The notes: generated from the sequence alone by a model not told the origin. A DNA stretch of 64,000 nt from an uncultured Acidimicrobiia bacterium (GCA_963786955.1 CAWBAT010000004.1:448001-512000); one strand, 5' to 3'; positions 1 through 11,461 are shown, counted from the stretch's first letter. Numbers and translations: made by a program.

Positions 1-1046
1 TCAACGACGTCTGGACGCTCGCTCATGATTTCAAAAACTTTACCTGAAGCTCCAATCGCTTGCTGGAAGGAATTGTAGATCCCACTGATGCGTCGAACCG
101 GGTCGTACAGCCCGACCAATGCAGTCAGAAAGACCCCAAACATGCCCGGAGTCAATTGAGAACGCGAGACCTGGTTCTGGATGTAATAGAAGAGGCCCAC
201 GATGGTAATGGCTCCGACCAGCTCCATATAAGGAGAAGTGATTGCATTCATTCTGGCCCAACTGAGATTGATCCTGGCCAGTCGCCGAGTAGCTGTCTTA
301 AACTTATTGTATTCAAATCCTTCCATTCCGAATGCTTTGACAATCCGGTGGCCAACAATCGTCTCCTGGAGGATATTCGTGATTTCCTCCATCTTGTCCT
401 GGCTGGAACGACTGGTCTTCTGGATCTTTCTTCCCAGATACTTGGAGGGATAAATGATCAACGGCGCCAGAGTGAGGGAAATCAAGGCGAGTCGCCAATC
501 GATGGCGAAGACCAGGTACAGGAAGACCAAAAGTGTGAGCCCTTGCTTTAAGGCGTCGGCCAAAGTGGTTGAGCAGGCAAATTGAATTCGTTCGATGTCG
601 TTCGTAATTCTAGAGATCAGTTGGCCGGTGGAATGGGTATGAAAGAAACTGGAAGACTGATGAATTACCCGGTAATAGACGGCATTCCTGAGATCCATCA
701 CGACACCCTGGCCTAAATAGCTCAGAAGATAGGTCGAGAAGTATTCCGTCAGTCCTTTGATCAAGGTCGCCCCAACGATCATCAATCCAATTGCAATCGC
801 GAGCGGGAGATGAGGAAAGGGGTTGATCTGGTCAAGATAAACCTTTCCTTTCAGAAAAGGGGATTTCGGAAGCAGTTCGATGCGGGCAGTGTTTGTGGAG
901 AGGGTTAATAAATTGTCAATGATGGGACGAACCAGCAGAGCGCGCAGCCCTTCGAGAGATGCAGTGGCTCCCATGAGAACCAAGGCAAGAAGCAACACAT
1001 AAAGGTAAGGCTTTATGAAGCGAGCAATTCCCCATGATTTCAGCAT
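1..1046 (-). CDS. MsbA-like ABC exporter (permease/ATP-binding), 3'-truncated by window edge
   Basis: Not in ORF track. Manual translation from ATG at 1046: MLKSWGIARFIKPYLYVLLLALVLMG...GQGVVMDLRNAVYYRVIHQSSSFFHTHSTGQLISRITNDIERIQ, typical of the ABC transmembrane domain of MsbA-type exporters. Confidence 0.85.
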   Translation of the reverse strand, partial: MLKSWGIARFIKPYLYVLLLALVLMGATASLEGLRALLVRPIIDNLLTLSTNTARIELLPKSPFLKGKVYLDQINPFPHLPLAIAIGLMIVGATLIKGLTEYFSTYLLSYLGQGVVMDLRNAVYYRVIHQSSSFFHTHSTGQLISRITNDIERIQFACSTTLADALKQGLTLLVFLYLVFAIDWRLALISLTLAPLIIYPSKYLGRKIQKTSRSSQDKMEEITNILQETIVGHRIVKAFGMEGFEYNKFKTATRRLARINLSWARMNAITSPYMELVGAITIVGLFYYIQNQVSRSQLTPGMFGVFLTALVGLYDPVRRISGIYNSFQQAIGASGKVFEIMSERPDVV

Positions 1047-1379
1047 TCTTAATGGTTCTCAGCTGGCGAGACCCTACACCCCGAGCGCGAAAGTATCCGC
1101 TTTTGGCTGAATTGTCAAGGTTAGTGGGGCAGAGCAACCAATTACGATGTTCGTGTTGAGTTGAAAAGCGGGGAGTTTGGAGTAGTACCACCCATCCTTA
1201 CAGTGAGGGTTGTCCGGACATGAACCGCAGAAGCCAGTGTCAAGACTGGTGATGAGAAGTAACAAATTGTCTGAAATGGTCTTTACTCGTTTTCGTCATA
1301 GGGTTTCGAATATGATAGTTAGTCAATGGCTGCACGAAATTCTTGAAAATATTCAGGAAATTTCCGGGCGAAGATCTCA

Positions 1380-2498
1380 ATGGTTGCTGCTAACACTTCT
1401 GGAATCTCAAAAATTCGTCGTTATCCATGTCCGGGTTGTTCCGCCGAGTTGCTGTTTGAACCGAAAGAGGGCTGCCTTACCTGTCCGTATTGCGGCCGCA
1501 CGGAACAGATTCCAGCCAGCACAGGCGAAGTTCAGGAAAGGTCATATCTAGACTACCTGGACCTGAAACCCGGACAACTTCAAGAGACCGAAACAGGTGT
1601 ATCGGAGGTCCAGTGCAGCAGTTGCGGAGCCAGTGTCTCCTTTACGCCGCCTGTCGTCGCCGGACAATGTGATTTCTGCGCGTCGCCGATCGTTGCTCAA
1701 CCGGCTGTTCCAAGTCCCATCCTGGCGCCCGAATCGGTTTTACCCTTCAGCTTCCCCCAAGCCCGCGCCTCTGAGGCCTTTAGATCCTGGCTGGGATCCC
1801 GATGGTTTGCACCCAATGCTTTAGTCCACCTTGCTCGACAGGAAGGAATCAGTGGAATCTACCTGCCGTTCTGGACTTTCGATGCTCATACTCTCAGCCA
1901 TTACACAGGAGAACGCGGAGAGTATTATTGGGAGACCGAAACCTACCAAGGCAGAGATGAGCAGGGGAGAAATGTGGCCAAGACTCGCCAGATCCGAAAG
2001 ACGCTCTGGCATCCAGCATCTGGTCAGGTTGAACGCTGGTTCGACGACGTGCTCATACCCGCCACACTTTCCATTCCGTCCGCCCGGATAAAATCTCTGG
2101 AGCCCTGGGACCTTAATGAATTAAAACCGTATCAGCCGGCCTATCTTTCCGGATTTAAGGCACAGCGTTACCAAATCGATCCCAAAGAAGGCTTTGAGAA
2201 TGCAAAACAATTGATGGCTTTACTAATCACGGAGGATATCCGTCAGGACATTGGCGGGGACGAGCAACGAGTACACCAAGTCGCAACGGCCTATTCAGCG
2301 ATCACCTTCAAACACTTACTCCTGCCCGTTTGGATCAGTGCCTACCGTTTCCAAGACAGGGCTTATCAGGTGGTTGTAAACGCCCGAACGGGGGAGGTTC
2401 AAGGGGAACGTCCGTACAGTCTACTAAAGATCTCGGCCTTTGTGGTGTTTCTGATCCTGATCTTCTTTCTGTTCATATTACTTTCTCAGCAGCGGTAA
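1380..2498 (+). CDS. Zn-ribbon-containing membrane-anchored protein (family often mislabelled 'primosomal protein N')
   Basis: Four CxxC pairs (CPGC, CPYC, CSSC, CDFC), YLPFWTFD and LLPVW..Y...VNARTGEVQGERPYS motifs, C-terminal hydrophobic helix. Confidence 0.8.
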   Translation: MVAANTSGISKIRRYPCPGCSAELLFEPKEGCLTCPYCGRTEQIPASTGEVQERSYLDYLDLKPGQLQETETGVSEVQCSSCGASVSFTPPVVAGQCDFCASPIVAQPAVPSPILAPESVLPFSFPQARASEAFRSWLGSRWFAPNALVHLARQEGISGIYLPFWTFDAHTLSHYTGERGEYYWETETYQGRDEQGRNVAKTRQIRKTLWHPASGQVERWFDDVLIPATLSIPSARIKSLEPWDLNELKPYQPAYLSGFKAQRYQIDPKEGFENAKQLMALLITEDIRQDIGGDEQRVHQVATAYSAITFKHLLLPVWISAYRFQDRAYQVVVNARTGEVQGERPYSLLKISAFVVFLILIFFLFILLSQQR

Positions 2499-2517
2499 GT
2501 TCTGGGAGAACTCAGCC

Positions 2518-3819
2518 ATGAATAAACACTTTATGATACTAGCCTCTTGGGTATTAGTTTCTCATTGGAGTTTGTCGATGGGTATCCAGGCGGGAGAGTT
2601 CCGCTACGAGATTCTCCTCAAGGGGGGCACGGTCATTGACCCTCAGAATGGGGTAAACGGAAAACGCGATCTTGCAATCACAAATGGAAAAGTCGCCGCG
2701 GTCGCGGAATCCATTTCTGCGTCAGACGTCCAAAAGGTGATCGATGTCACAGGACTGTATGTGACACCGGGTCTGGTTGACATCCATACTCACCTCTATG
2801 CCAGTTCCGGATTCAGAGACGCCTGGGCTGGGGATAACAGTGTCCTGCCGGACGGGTTTAGTTTTCGCACCGGCGTGACCACCATGGTCGATGCAGGCAG
2901 CTCAGGGTGGAGGAATTTTGAAGATTTTCGGAACCGAGTGGTTGATCGCGCCCAAACGCGAGTGTTTGCTTTGTTGAACATTGTAGGTTTAGGAATGATC
3001 AGCGACAGCATTGAACAAAACATCCAGGACATGGACCCTCAGGCCACCGCTGAAATGGCCAGGAAACACAGTGACGTTATCGTAGGCATCAAAACGGCCC
3101 ATTACCATGGACCAGACTGGGTTCCCGTAGAGCGAGCCGTCGAAGCGGGGACACAGGTCAATCTTCCTGTCATGGTGGATTTCGGGTATTTTCGACGAGA
3201 ACGGCCCTTCTTCCGCCTGGTCACCGAAAAATTGCGCGCTGGGGACATCGCCACCCACATGTACCGAGGTCCAGTGCCTTATATGGACAACCATGGCGAA
3301 ATTTATGTGTATTTGGAGAAGGCCCGAAAGCGGGGAATCAAGTTTGACGTAGGACATGGGGGCGGAAGTTTCGTGTTCCGAAATGCCGCTGCCAGCGTTC
3401 ATCTCGGTTTCTTCCCCGATTCCATTTCCACGGACCTGCACACCGGAAGCATGAATGCCGGGATGATGGATATGGTGACCACGATGTCAAAAATGCTGGT
3501 GTTGGGTATTCCGCTGGTTGAAGTGATTCGCGAGTCCACCATAAACCCCGCGAAGATGATTCATCATCCAGAACTCGGGCATTTGTCGGTGGGACAGATT
3601 GCCGATATCGCCGTGTTGAACTTAATGACGGGCCATTTTGGCTATGTGGACTCTTTTGGCGGCAAAGTGGAAGGGGCCGAGCGGCTTCACTGTGAGATGA
3701 CCCTTAAAGGCGGAAAAATCGTTTGGGATTGGAATGGCCGAGGAGCACGGGACTACCGTCAGCTTGATGAGAAGTATGGGGTTCAGGAAACTGATCAACT
3801 CGTCCTGCCAACCCCGTGA
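2518..3819 (+). CDS. Metal-dependent amidohydrolase (dihydroorotase-like/deacetylase family), possible signal peptide
   Basis: PGLVDIHTH metal motif, TTMVDAGSSG, DVGHGGGSF, SISTDLH. Confidence 0.88.
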   Translation: MNKHFMILASWVLVSHWSLSMGIQAGEFRYEILLKGGTVIDPQNGVNGKRDLAITNGKVAAVAESISASDVQKVIDVTGLYVTPGLVDIHTHLYASSGFRDAWAGDNSVLPDGFSFRTGVTTMVDAGSSGWRNFEDFRNRVVDRAQTRVFALLNIVGLGMISDSIEQNIQDMDPQATAEMARKHSDVIVGIKTAHYHGPDWVPVERAVEAGTQVNLPVMVDFGYFRRERPFFRLVTEKLRAGDIATHMYRGPVPYMDNHGEIYVYLEKARKRGIKFDVGHGGGSFVFRNAAASVHLGFFPDSISTDLHTGSMNAGMMDMVTTMSKMLVLGIPLVEVIRESTINPAKMIHHPELGHLSVGQIADIAVLNLMTGHFGYVDSFGGKVEGAERLHCEMTLKGGKIVWDWNGRGARDYRQLDEKYGVQETDQLVLPTP

Positions 3820-5922
3820 CGCAAGAGCCAGCCTTGAGAGTTGATCACGGGTTGGCTTTCGAGAGGGGCAGGCCGCATGTAACTGCCGTCGCTTAGCATG
3901 ATCCGGGCCTTGAGATTATCCGTAAGATACACAGCAAGTACTTCTTCCCTCAGATATTGAATATGTCTTGGACTCTCTATTGGAAAAAGTACCTCGACTC
4001 GATGATTCAGATTACGCGGCATCAGGTCAGCACTCCCCAAATAGATCTGTTCCTCCCCGCCGTTGCGAAAATAAAAGATCCGGCTATGTTCCAGAAAGCG
4101 GCCCACAATACTCCGAACCCGAATATTCTCGCTGATCCCTTCAAGACCCGGCCGCAATGAGCAGATTCCACGAACGATCAAGTCAATTTGCACACCTGCC
4201 TGGGAAGCTTGGTACAGCAGGCGAATGATCGATGTGTCCATCAACGAATTCATTTTAAAGATCAGCCGCCCTTGCCGCCCTTGCTGTTGATGTCGGATTT
4301 CCCTGCGAATGAGGCTCTCCAGGCGATCGCGTAAATTAATAGGAGCAACCAGCAGCTTACGATAGTTGGTCTTAGCAGAATAGCCGGTGAGGTAGTTAAA
4401 TAGGTCTGTCGCATCCGCCCCGAGCTCTTCGTCACAGATAAAATATCCCAGGTCTGTATAAAGTTGGGCAGTCACATGATTATAGTTTCCGGTGGAGAGA
4501 TGAACATAACGGCGGATACTATTCCCCTCGCGGCGAACAACAAGGGCAATCTTGGAGTGGGTTTTCAAGCCGAGCAGGCCGTACACGACGTGCACGCCCT
4601 CACGCTCCAGGGCGCGGGCCCAATGGATGTTGCTTTCTTCGTCAAATCGCGCTTTCAACTCCACCAGGGCGGCCACTTGCTTCCCGTTTTCCTGGGCCTT
4701 CAAAAGTGCTTCGACGATGGGTGAATTCTTTCCAATGCGATACAGCGTCATTTTGATTGCCAGCACATCCTCATCTATCGCCGCCGCCTGGAGAAAATCA
4801 ACCACCGGGGTAAAGGAGTCGAACGGGTGATGGAGAAGAATAGAATCCCGCCGGATGGATGAAAAAAACTCACTCGAGTCAACACAATGATCCAGCCCCT
4901 GTGGAATTGCAGGCAGAAAAGACACTTCTTTCAAATCATAGCGGCCGAGCTGATACAAGCCCATCAAACGACTGATCCCTAACGGACCATCAACAGCATA
5001 AACATCCTCTGGGCCTATTTCGAGATTGCTCATCAGGAGTTCCAAAATATGGGAAGGCATAGACTTGTTGACCGTCAGCCGGACAACTGTTCCGAAACGC
5101 CTTTGCCGGACGCTTTCTTCGATGGTCTCGAGAAGATCGTCCGCTTCAAGTTCCTGGATGACCATATCCGCGTTGCGCGTCACACGAAAGGGATGCACTT
5201 CCAATATATCCATCCCAGGGAATAGAGCTTTGAGATTCGCGGTGATGATCTGGTCGAGCCAGACAAAGGTGTGAGACTTCGGTCCATGCAGGTTAAGTTC
5301 AGTCTCTTCCAAGCTGTTTTTAAGAGGAACAAGCTGAGGCAAGGTTCCGGGAACTTTGACGCGCGCGAAATGTTCTTCTCCGGCTCTGTCACGGATGAGA
5401 ATGCCCAGATTCAAACTGAGATTGGAGATGTGAGGAAACGGCCGCCCCGGATCGAAGGCTAGAGGGGTTAACACAGGGAAGACAACTTCTTGAAAATACC
5501 GGTCAACTTCCGCTTTTTGATCTTGATTCAGATTTCCATACTCCAAAAGATAGACGCCTGCTTTTTGGAGCGCGGGGAAGGAGATCCTCAGCCAGAGACT
5601 GGCGAGAGCGCTCAATAATTCGCAAAGCCAGATTGCGAACCGCCACCAATTGAGCTGCGGGGGTCAGGCCATCCGGGGAAATGTCATGAACCCCGGCTTC
5701 GATCTGTTGTTTCAATCCGGCGACTCGAACCATGAAAAACTCATCAAGGTTTGACCCAACGATGGACATAAACTTAATCCGCTCGAGGAGAGGATTGCGT
5801 TCGTCTTCGGCTTCTTCCAATACCCGAAGCTGAAACTCCAACAAACTGAGCTCTCGGTTGATATAATACCTGGGGCTCTCTAGATCGATTTCCGTATTCT
5901 GATCGAGATTGACAGGCTGCAT
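3795..5922 (-). pseudogene. ppk1: Polyphosphate kinase 1 split by a one-base frameshift at ~5574-5577
   Basis: ORF 5503-5922 has [15 protein letters not shown]...[14 protein letters not shown]; ORF 3795-5615 has FPHISNLSLN, VELKARFDEE, LKTHSK, GRFLEHSRI, GSADLMPRNL. Removing one C from CTT CCC C GCG gives a continuous [15 protein letters not shown]. Could be a real lesion, recoding or a sequence error. Confidence 0.85.
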
Positions 5923-6017
5923 TGGACGCCCCCCGCGCCTTGAGATGAGAATAGCCGAATATTGTACATGAACCTTTCCCTAAAGAGAAAAATATCAGTT
6001 TCTAAGAGGAGTATCAC

Positions 6018-6812
6018 ATGCTGAAAATCAGGGTGAGTATGTGGGCACTCGGGATATTATGTTTGACCGGCTGCTTTACGGAGCGGGAACCTCTCAAGGG
6101 TCTCCTGGTGGACCTAACTTATTCATTCGACAGTAAAACCATTTACTGGCCGACAGAAAATGGGTTCCTCTTAGAGCGTGAGGCTGAAGGGATGACGGAA
6201 AAGGGTTATTTCTATTCCTCCAATCGTTTCGTGGCCGCTGAGCATGGGGGAACTTATATAGATGCTCCATACCATTTTTCGAAGGACGGAAACACCCTTG
6301 ATCCTGTACCTCTGGAAAGGCTCATCGGACCTGGAGTGGTGATCGATGTCTCATCGCAGTGCGAACACAACCCGGATTTCCAAATCCAGACCGAAGACCT
6401 GAAAGCTTGGGAAAAGAATCATGGCCAACGACTGGATGGCAAAATCATACTTTTCAGGACAGGATTCGGGAAACATTGGCCGGACAGGATGCGCTATTTG
6501 GGGACCGATGAAAAAGGGTCCGATGCGGTTGCGAAATTGCATTTCCCCGGACTGCATCCGGAAGCCGCACGCTGGCTGGCCAACGAACGCTCCCCCAAAG
6601 CGGTTGGCCTGGATACAGCAAGCATCGACTACGGCCAATCCACTCTTTTCGAGAGCCATGTGGCACTCTATTCGAAAAACATCCCTGCGCTCGAGAATGG
6701 GGCCAATCTCGACCAACTTCCCGAGTCGGGATTTACGCTCATTGCCTTACCGATGAAAATCCGGGAAGGCAGTGGCGGACCAGTGAGGATCGTGGCTCTA
6801 CTTCCAAATTGA
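6018..6812 (+). CDS. Cyclase (kynurenine formamidase-like) family lipoprotein
   Basis: Lipobox LTGC; EHGGTYIDAPYHF (family motif HxGTHxDxPxH), LHFPG, GLDTASIDYG, ALPMKI..GSGGPVRIVA. Confidence 0.88.
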   Translation: MLKIRVSMWALGILCLTGCFTEREPLKGLLVDLTYSFDSKTIYWPTENGFLLEREAEGMTEKGYFYSSNRFVAAEHGGTYIDAPYHFSKDGNTLDPVPLERLIGPGVVIDVSSQCEHNPDFQIQTEDLKAWEKNHGQRLDGKIILFRTGFGKHWPDRMRYLGTDEKGSDAVAKLHFPGLHPEAARWLANERSPKAVGLDTASIDYGQSTLFESHVALYSKNIPALENGANLDQLPESGFTLIALPMKIREGSGGPVRIVALLPN

Positions 6813-7090
6813 AAGGCTGCTTGGAGGGGACCGTCACAAACTCAAGAGGAATTGCGATGTTTAGACGCTCTAAATTCTTCAGCGATATAAACTCACCTTC
6901 ATTCGGTAGAAGATTGGCTGCTATCGCCGTTTTCGTCGGGATACCGTGGGCGCTTTCGGAATATATGATTTACTTGGTTATTCCAAGGAATGGACAGCCA
7001 GATCATAGGAATACCTATCTCAATCTTCTCGGGGCTTCTTGTTTCCTTTCTTTTTGCCGTTACGCGAGGTATTTGGGGAAGGAGACTTAA
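6809..7090 (+). CDS. Small hypothetical membrane protein
   Basis: 93-codon ORF overlapping the cyclase stop, two hydrophobic stretches, no recognisable motif. Confidence 0.3.
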   Translation: MKGCLEGTVTNSRGIAMFRRSKFFSDINSPSFGRRLAAIAVFVGIPWALSEYMIYLVIPRNGQPDHRNTYLNLLGASCFLSFCRYARYLGKET

Positions 7091-7314
7091 TAAAAAAGGG
7101 AAAGACCTTGATTCTCGTTGACGGTAAAGCATAAGAGGAGATGAGAGCGAACATGTTTACAAGCCATTGGATCTCAAGCTTTCTACATTTCAGGGTCACA
7201 ATCGAGTACCATTTCCCCAGGCTTTTTAGGTTTGCCTGACTCTTTCGCCCCCCCTAAATCTCGCAACCTTATTGGCACCCGCCGTTAAACGGTTTTTTCT
7301 TTGTAATGTTTCTC

Positions 7315-7344
7315 TTGACAAACACCAGTCGAATCGACTAATTT
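7315..7344 (+). promoter_or_regulatory. Putative sigma70 promoter of rplM operon
   Basis: TTGACA-N18-TAATTT about 50 nt upstream of rplM. Confidence 0.5.
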
Positions 7345-7392
7345 TTGCATTTTGCACACTGGGCGTTTGTGTCCCTTTTATAGAGGATTCTT

Positions 7393-7824
7393 ATGTCAAC
7401 CTATTTTCCCAAAGCCGACGAGATCAGCCACAAATGGTTTGTCGTGGACGCTCAAGATCAGGTTTTGGGACGCCTGGCGACTCATGTCGCCAATATTCTG
7501 TCTGGGAAATTGAACCCTTGCTGGGTTCCCTTTATGGATACCGGGGATCACGTCATCGTGATCAACGCGGAAAAAGTAAAATTAACCGGTAATAAAGTAA
7601 ACCAAAAGCAATATTACCATTACAGCGGTTATCCTGGCGGAATGAAAGCCACTTCTGCCCGGGAAATGAAAGCCAAGAAGGCTGACCGGATGGTGGAACA
7701 GGCCATTAAGGGTATGCTGCCGAAGAATAAGCTCGGCCGGGCGATGGCCTCGAAGCTAAAGGTTTACGTTGGAGATTCTCATCCCCATCAGGCACAACAG
7801 CCGATGGTTTCTGTTATTCATTGA
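7393..7824 (+). CDS. rplM: 50S ribosomal protein L13
   Basis: [36 protein letters not shown]. Confidence 0.98.
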   Translation: MSTYFPKADEISHKWFVVDAQDQVLGRLATHVANILSGKLNPCWVPFMDTGDHVIVINAEKVKLTGNKVNQKQYYHYSGYPGGMKATSAREMKAKKADRMVEQAIKGMLPKNKLGRAMASKLKVYVGDSHPHQAQQPMVSVIH

Positions 7825-7846
7825 TCTTGCGGGGGGGAAATTAGGC

Positions 7847-8242
7847 GTGGTCGCACTCGTTCAATATTATGGTACAGGCAGGCGTAAATCAGCAACAGCG
7901 AGAGTTTACCTGCGTCCTGGAAAAGGCAGTTTTGTCGTTAATGATCGCCAGTTTGAAGGTTACTTTAAGAATGAAGCCCTCCGGATGGTCATCAATCAAC
8001 CGTTTCAACTGACAGAGACTTCTGACAAATTTGACATTCTAGTGAAAGTGGCTGGAGGCGGCCCCTCCGGACAGGCAGGGGCGGTCCGCCTGGGAATTTC
8101 CCGGGCGCTTCAGGAATACAACTTGGAACTCCGGAAGAAGCTCAAGAAAGCCGGTTTCCTGACCCGCGATTCGCGCATTAAGGAGCGCAAGAAATACGGG
8201 CAGAAAGGCGCCCGCAAGAAATTCCAGTTCTCCAAGCGTTAA
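7847..8242 (+). CDS. rpsI: 30S ribosomal protein S9
   Basis: [13 protein letters not shown]...[19 protein letters not shown]; GTG start at 7847 chosen. Confidence 0.97.
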   Translation: MVALVQYYGTGRRKSATARVYLRPGKGSFVVNDRQFEGYFKNEALRMVINQPFQLTETSDKFDILVKVAGGGPSGQAGAVRLGISRALQEYNLELRKKLKKAGFLTRDSRIKERKKYGQKGARKKFQFSKR

Positions 8243-8323
8243 TGTGTAGAGAGGACGACGGTCGAATCGTTATCCTTTAAATTACGGGACAATCTTAATA
8301 TTAAGGATTTCCGGGAGGTTTGT

Positions 8324-9220
8324 TTGGCTTCTGTTTCGATGAAAGAATTACTGGAGGCTGGAGTCCATTTTGGACACCAGACCAAGCGCTGGAATCCGAA
8401 AATGAAGGAATATATTTTTGGAGAGCGGAATGGGATTTACATCATTGATCTACAGAAAACGCTCCGCATGTTCAAGGAAGCGACTCGTTTCATTACTGAA
8501 TGTGCGACCCAGGGCGGAAGAATCCTGTTTGTGGGGACCAAAAGGCAGGCGCAGGAGGCCATTGCGGAAGAGGCTCAGCGTTGCGGGATGTACTTTGTCA
8601 ATCAGCGCTGGCTGGGCGGTTTGCTAACCAACTTTTCGACGATTCAGAAATCCATCAAACGCCTGCAGGAGTTGGAGGAGATGTCTCAGGATGGACGCTA
8701 CCAGCTCTTATCCAAGAAAGAGGTATCGCGGTTGGAACGCGAACGCAAGAGTTTGGATAAGAACCTGTCCGGGATCAAGTCCATGGTCAAGCTACCCCAA
8801 GTTGTGTTCATTGTGGATTCGAAAAATGAAGAGATCGCTGTGAAAGAAGCCAACCGGCTTGGGATCCCTGTAGTCGCAGTGGTCGACACCAACTGCGATC
8901 CCGACAATATTGATTATATTATCCCTGGAAATGATGATGCCTTAAGGGCTATTAAGCTATTTGTTTCAAAAATTGCCGATGCGGTGATTGAAGGCGCCGC
9001 CACCTTGAAGGATCAGGCGGCTGAAAACCAGGAAGGTGCTGGAGCGGTTTCGGAAACGAGTGCTTCCGGCACAACGGAGCCGAGAGGGAATGGTTCGAGC
9101 AGTAAAGAGGGTGTTGGTGCAGTTGGTGAACCAAGGATCAGTGTAGAAGCTTCAGAAGGAGTATCGGGAGGCTCAGCCGTCAAATCGACGCTAGGTACAC
9201 TGCCCGCGACTATAAGTTAA
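8324..9220 (+). CDS. rpsB: 30S ribosomal protein S2 (low-complexity C-terminal tail)
   Basis: [30 protein letters not shown]; TTG start after GGGAGG. Confidence 0.98.
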   Translation: MASVSMKELLEAGVHFGHQTKRWNPKMKEYIFGERNGIYIIDLQKTLRMFKEATRFITECATQGGRILFVGTKRQAQEAIAEEAQRCGMYFVNQRWLGGLLTNFSTIQKSIKRLQELEEMSQDGRYQLLSKKEVSRLERERKSLDKNLSGIKSMVKLPQVVFIVDSKNEEIAVKEANRLGIPVVAVVDTNCDPDNIDYIIPGNDDALRAIKLFVSKIADAVIEGAATLKDQAAENQEGAGAVSETSASGTTEPRGNGSSSKEGVGAVGEPRISVEASEGVSGGSAVKSTLGTLPATIS

Positions 9221-9406
9221 CTCCTCAATTCCCCACTCGAAATACCTGTTTTAACTCAACTCCAACGCACTGCGTCGGGCAAGGTAAAGGCATTATCTTC
9301 CTTTTGCGTCCATGTCGGTGGATCTGACACCCATAGCCCGGGCCTTCTCCATGATATCCCAGCCTTCATCTTTCATTCTCGTTTCGCGAAAAGGAGTTAT
9401 TTCTTA

Positions 9407-10054
9407 ATGGCAATTACGGCAGAACAGGTCAAGAAACTGCGTGAAGCCACAGGAGCTGGCATGATGGAGTGCAAAAATGCCCTGGGTGAAAGCGCTGGAG
9501 ATTTCGACAAGGCAGTCGTCATCCTGAGGAAGAAAGGATTAGCCGCTGCGGCCAAGAAGGCAGAGCGTATCGCCTCTGACGGGATTGTCATGTCCTATCT
9601 GCACCCGGGTAGCAAGTTGGGCGTTTTACTTGAGCTCAACTGTGAAACTGACTTTGTGGCAAGAATGCCGGAGTTCCAGGACTTGGCCAAGGACCTGGCC
9701 ATGCATATCGCCGCGATGGACCCCAAGTATGTGCGCCGGGAAGATGTTCCCGAATCTGTCATGGCTCAGGAGCGGGAGATTCATCGCGAAAAGGCATTGA
9801 AATCGGGGAAACCAGCGAACGTGATTGAGAAAATTGTCGATGGGCAACTCAACAAATTCTTGGCGGAAGTCTGCGTCTATGAACAGCCCTTCGTAAAGAA
9901 TGATACGTTGACGGTCGGTCAGTTACTGACCGAAAAAGTCGCCATGATCAAGGAAAACATCACTCTCCGAAGGTTCTCTCGATTCAAGCTCGGAGAAGGC
10001 TTAGAAAAACGAACTGTCGATTTTGCGTCTGAGGTTGCCTCCCAGATCGGTTAA
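9407..10054 (+). CDS. tsf: Elongation factor Ts (short type)
   Basis: [27 protein letters not shown]. Confidence 0.98.
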   Translation: MAITAEQVKKLREATGAGMMECKNALGESAGDFDKAVVILRKKGLAAAAKKAERIASDGIVMSYLHPGSKLGVLLELNCETDFVARMPEFQDLAKDLAMHIAAMDPKYVRREDVPESVMAQEREIHREKALKSGKPANVIEKIVDGQLNKFLAEVCVYEQPFVKNDTLTVGQLLTEKVAMIKENITLRRFSRFKLGEGLEKRTVDFASEVASQIG

Positions 10055-10059
10055 CGCTT

Positions 10060-10776
10060 ATGACCTCCCCCGTATACAAAAGAGTGCTTCTGAAGTTAAG
10101 TGGGGAAGCCCTGATGGGCAGCCAAGGATATGGAGTGGATCCGGCAGTGGCAGCCCGCGTGGCAGAGGAAATCAAAGAAGTCCATGGCTTGGGGGTCGAA
10201 CTCGCCATTGTCATTGGCGGTGGGAATATCTTCCGTGGTTTATCGGCCACAGCGCAAGGAATGGACCGGGTTTCCGGGGACTTGATGGGCATGCTGGCAA
10301 CCGTGATCAACGCAATTGCGCTGCAGGATGCTCTGGAAAAGATTTCGATCTACACGCGGGTCGTCTCGGCCATTGAAATGCGCGAAGTGGCAGAGCCCTA
10401 TATTCGTCGCCGAGCTATTCGTCATCTAGAGAAACAACGAGTGGTGATTTTTGCCGCGGGTACAGGGAATCCCTATTTTTCAACAGACACGGCAGCTGCC
10501 TTGCGCGCCATGGAGATTAAGGCAGAAGTTATTCTCAAAGCCACCAAAGTCGACGGGATCTATGATGCCGACCCGGTCAAGGTAAAAACAGCCACCATGT
10601 TCACGGAAATTCGATATATCGACGTGCTCCGCAAGCAGCTCAGCGTCATGGATACCACGGCCATTTCCCTCTGCATGGATAACAGCCTCCCTATCGTTGT
10701 TTTTAATCTGCTTCACCCCGGTAATATCAAACGCGTCCTGTTAGGAGAAAAAATCGGGACGATTGTAAAGGTTTAA
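10060..10776 (+). CDS. pyrH: UMP kinase
   Basis: [36 protein letters not shown]. Confidence 0.98.
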   Translation: MTSPVYKRVLLKLSGEALMGSQGYGVDPAVAARVAEEIKEVHGLGVELAIVIGGGNIFRGLSATAQGMDRVSGDLMGMLATVINAIALQDALEKISIYTRVVSAIEMREVAEPYIRRRAIRHLEKQRVVIFAAGTGNPYFSTDTAAALRAMEIKAEVILKATKVDGIYDADPVKVKTATMFTEIRYIDVLRKQLSVMDTTAISLCMDNSLPIVVFNLLHPGNIKRVLLGEKIGTIVKV

Positions 10777-11339
10777 TGACTATGACGAAGGAGCTTATTC
10801 AAAAGACAAGAACCCGAATGGAGAAAGTCGCTGAAGATCTGCGGCGTGAGCTGGCCTCAGTCAGGACAGGTCGTGCCAACGTTTCACTGCTCGATCATAT
10901 CAAGGTCGACTATTATGGCACGCCCACTCCGGTCAATCAGGTCGCGACGCTCGCGGTGCCGGAACCGGCATTGATCACGGCCCAGCCTTGGGATGCATCG
11001 ATTTTAGCTGAAATTGAAAAAGCCATTCGATCCTCGGACCTCGGCCTAAATCCTAGTAATGACGGCAAGATTGTCCGAATTCCCATCCCGCCGCTCACGG
11101 AGGAGAGACGTAAGCAGCTGGCAAAACATATTGGGAAAGTCCTTGAAGACCATCGCACAGCGGTCCGTAATATCCGACGAGACGAAAATGATGTCCTCAA
11201 AAAGATGCTCAAGGAAAAACAGATTTCTGAAGACGACGAGCGAAAAGCGATAGACGAGGTCCAGAAAATCACGGACCAGATGGTCGGCAAGGTGGAAGAC
11301 ATGGCTAAGAAGAAGGAAGAAGAGATCATGAAAGTGTAA
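10776..11339 (+). CDS. frr: Ribosome recycling factor
   Basis: VRTGRAN, DLGLNPSNDG, PPLTEERRK, AVRNIRRD. Confidence 0.98.
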   Translation: MTMTKELIQKTRTRMEKVAEDLRRELASVRTGRANVSLLDHIKVDYYGTPTPVNQVATLAVPEPALITAQPWDASILAEIEKAIRSSDLGLNPSNDGKIVRIPIPPLTEERRKQLAKHIGKVLEDHRTAVRNIRRDENDVLKKMLKEKQISEDDERKAIDEVQKITDQMVGKVEDMAKKKEEEIMKV

Positions 11340-11356
11340 TTAAGATCAATTTTCGA

Positions 11357-11385
11357 TTGACACCGGTAGGTCGATTTGATACATT
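11357..11385 (+). promoter_or_regulatory. Putative sigma70 promoter of str/S10/spc operons
   Basis: TTGACA-N17-TACATT with extended TG; followed by leader hairpin TCGCCCGA-cgaaa-TCGGGCGA. Confidence 0.7.
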
Positions 11386-11461
11386 TTCAGGGTTTTTCGC
11401 CCGACGAAATCGGGCGAGGGTAGTTTTGGGAGTAAGTTCGTTGTTTCGAGGAGATTAAGTC

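Noticed and set aside
60-551. 163-aa plus-strand ORF at the window start
   Set aside because: Antisense shadow of the MsbA-like gene
9020-9220. Extended C-terminal tails on S2 (also S19, L29, L17)
   Set aside because: Low-complexity tails are common in these proteins and not a distinct system
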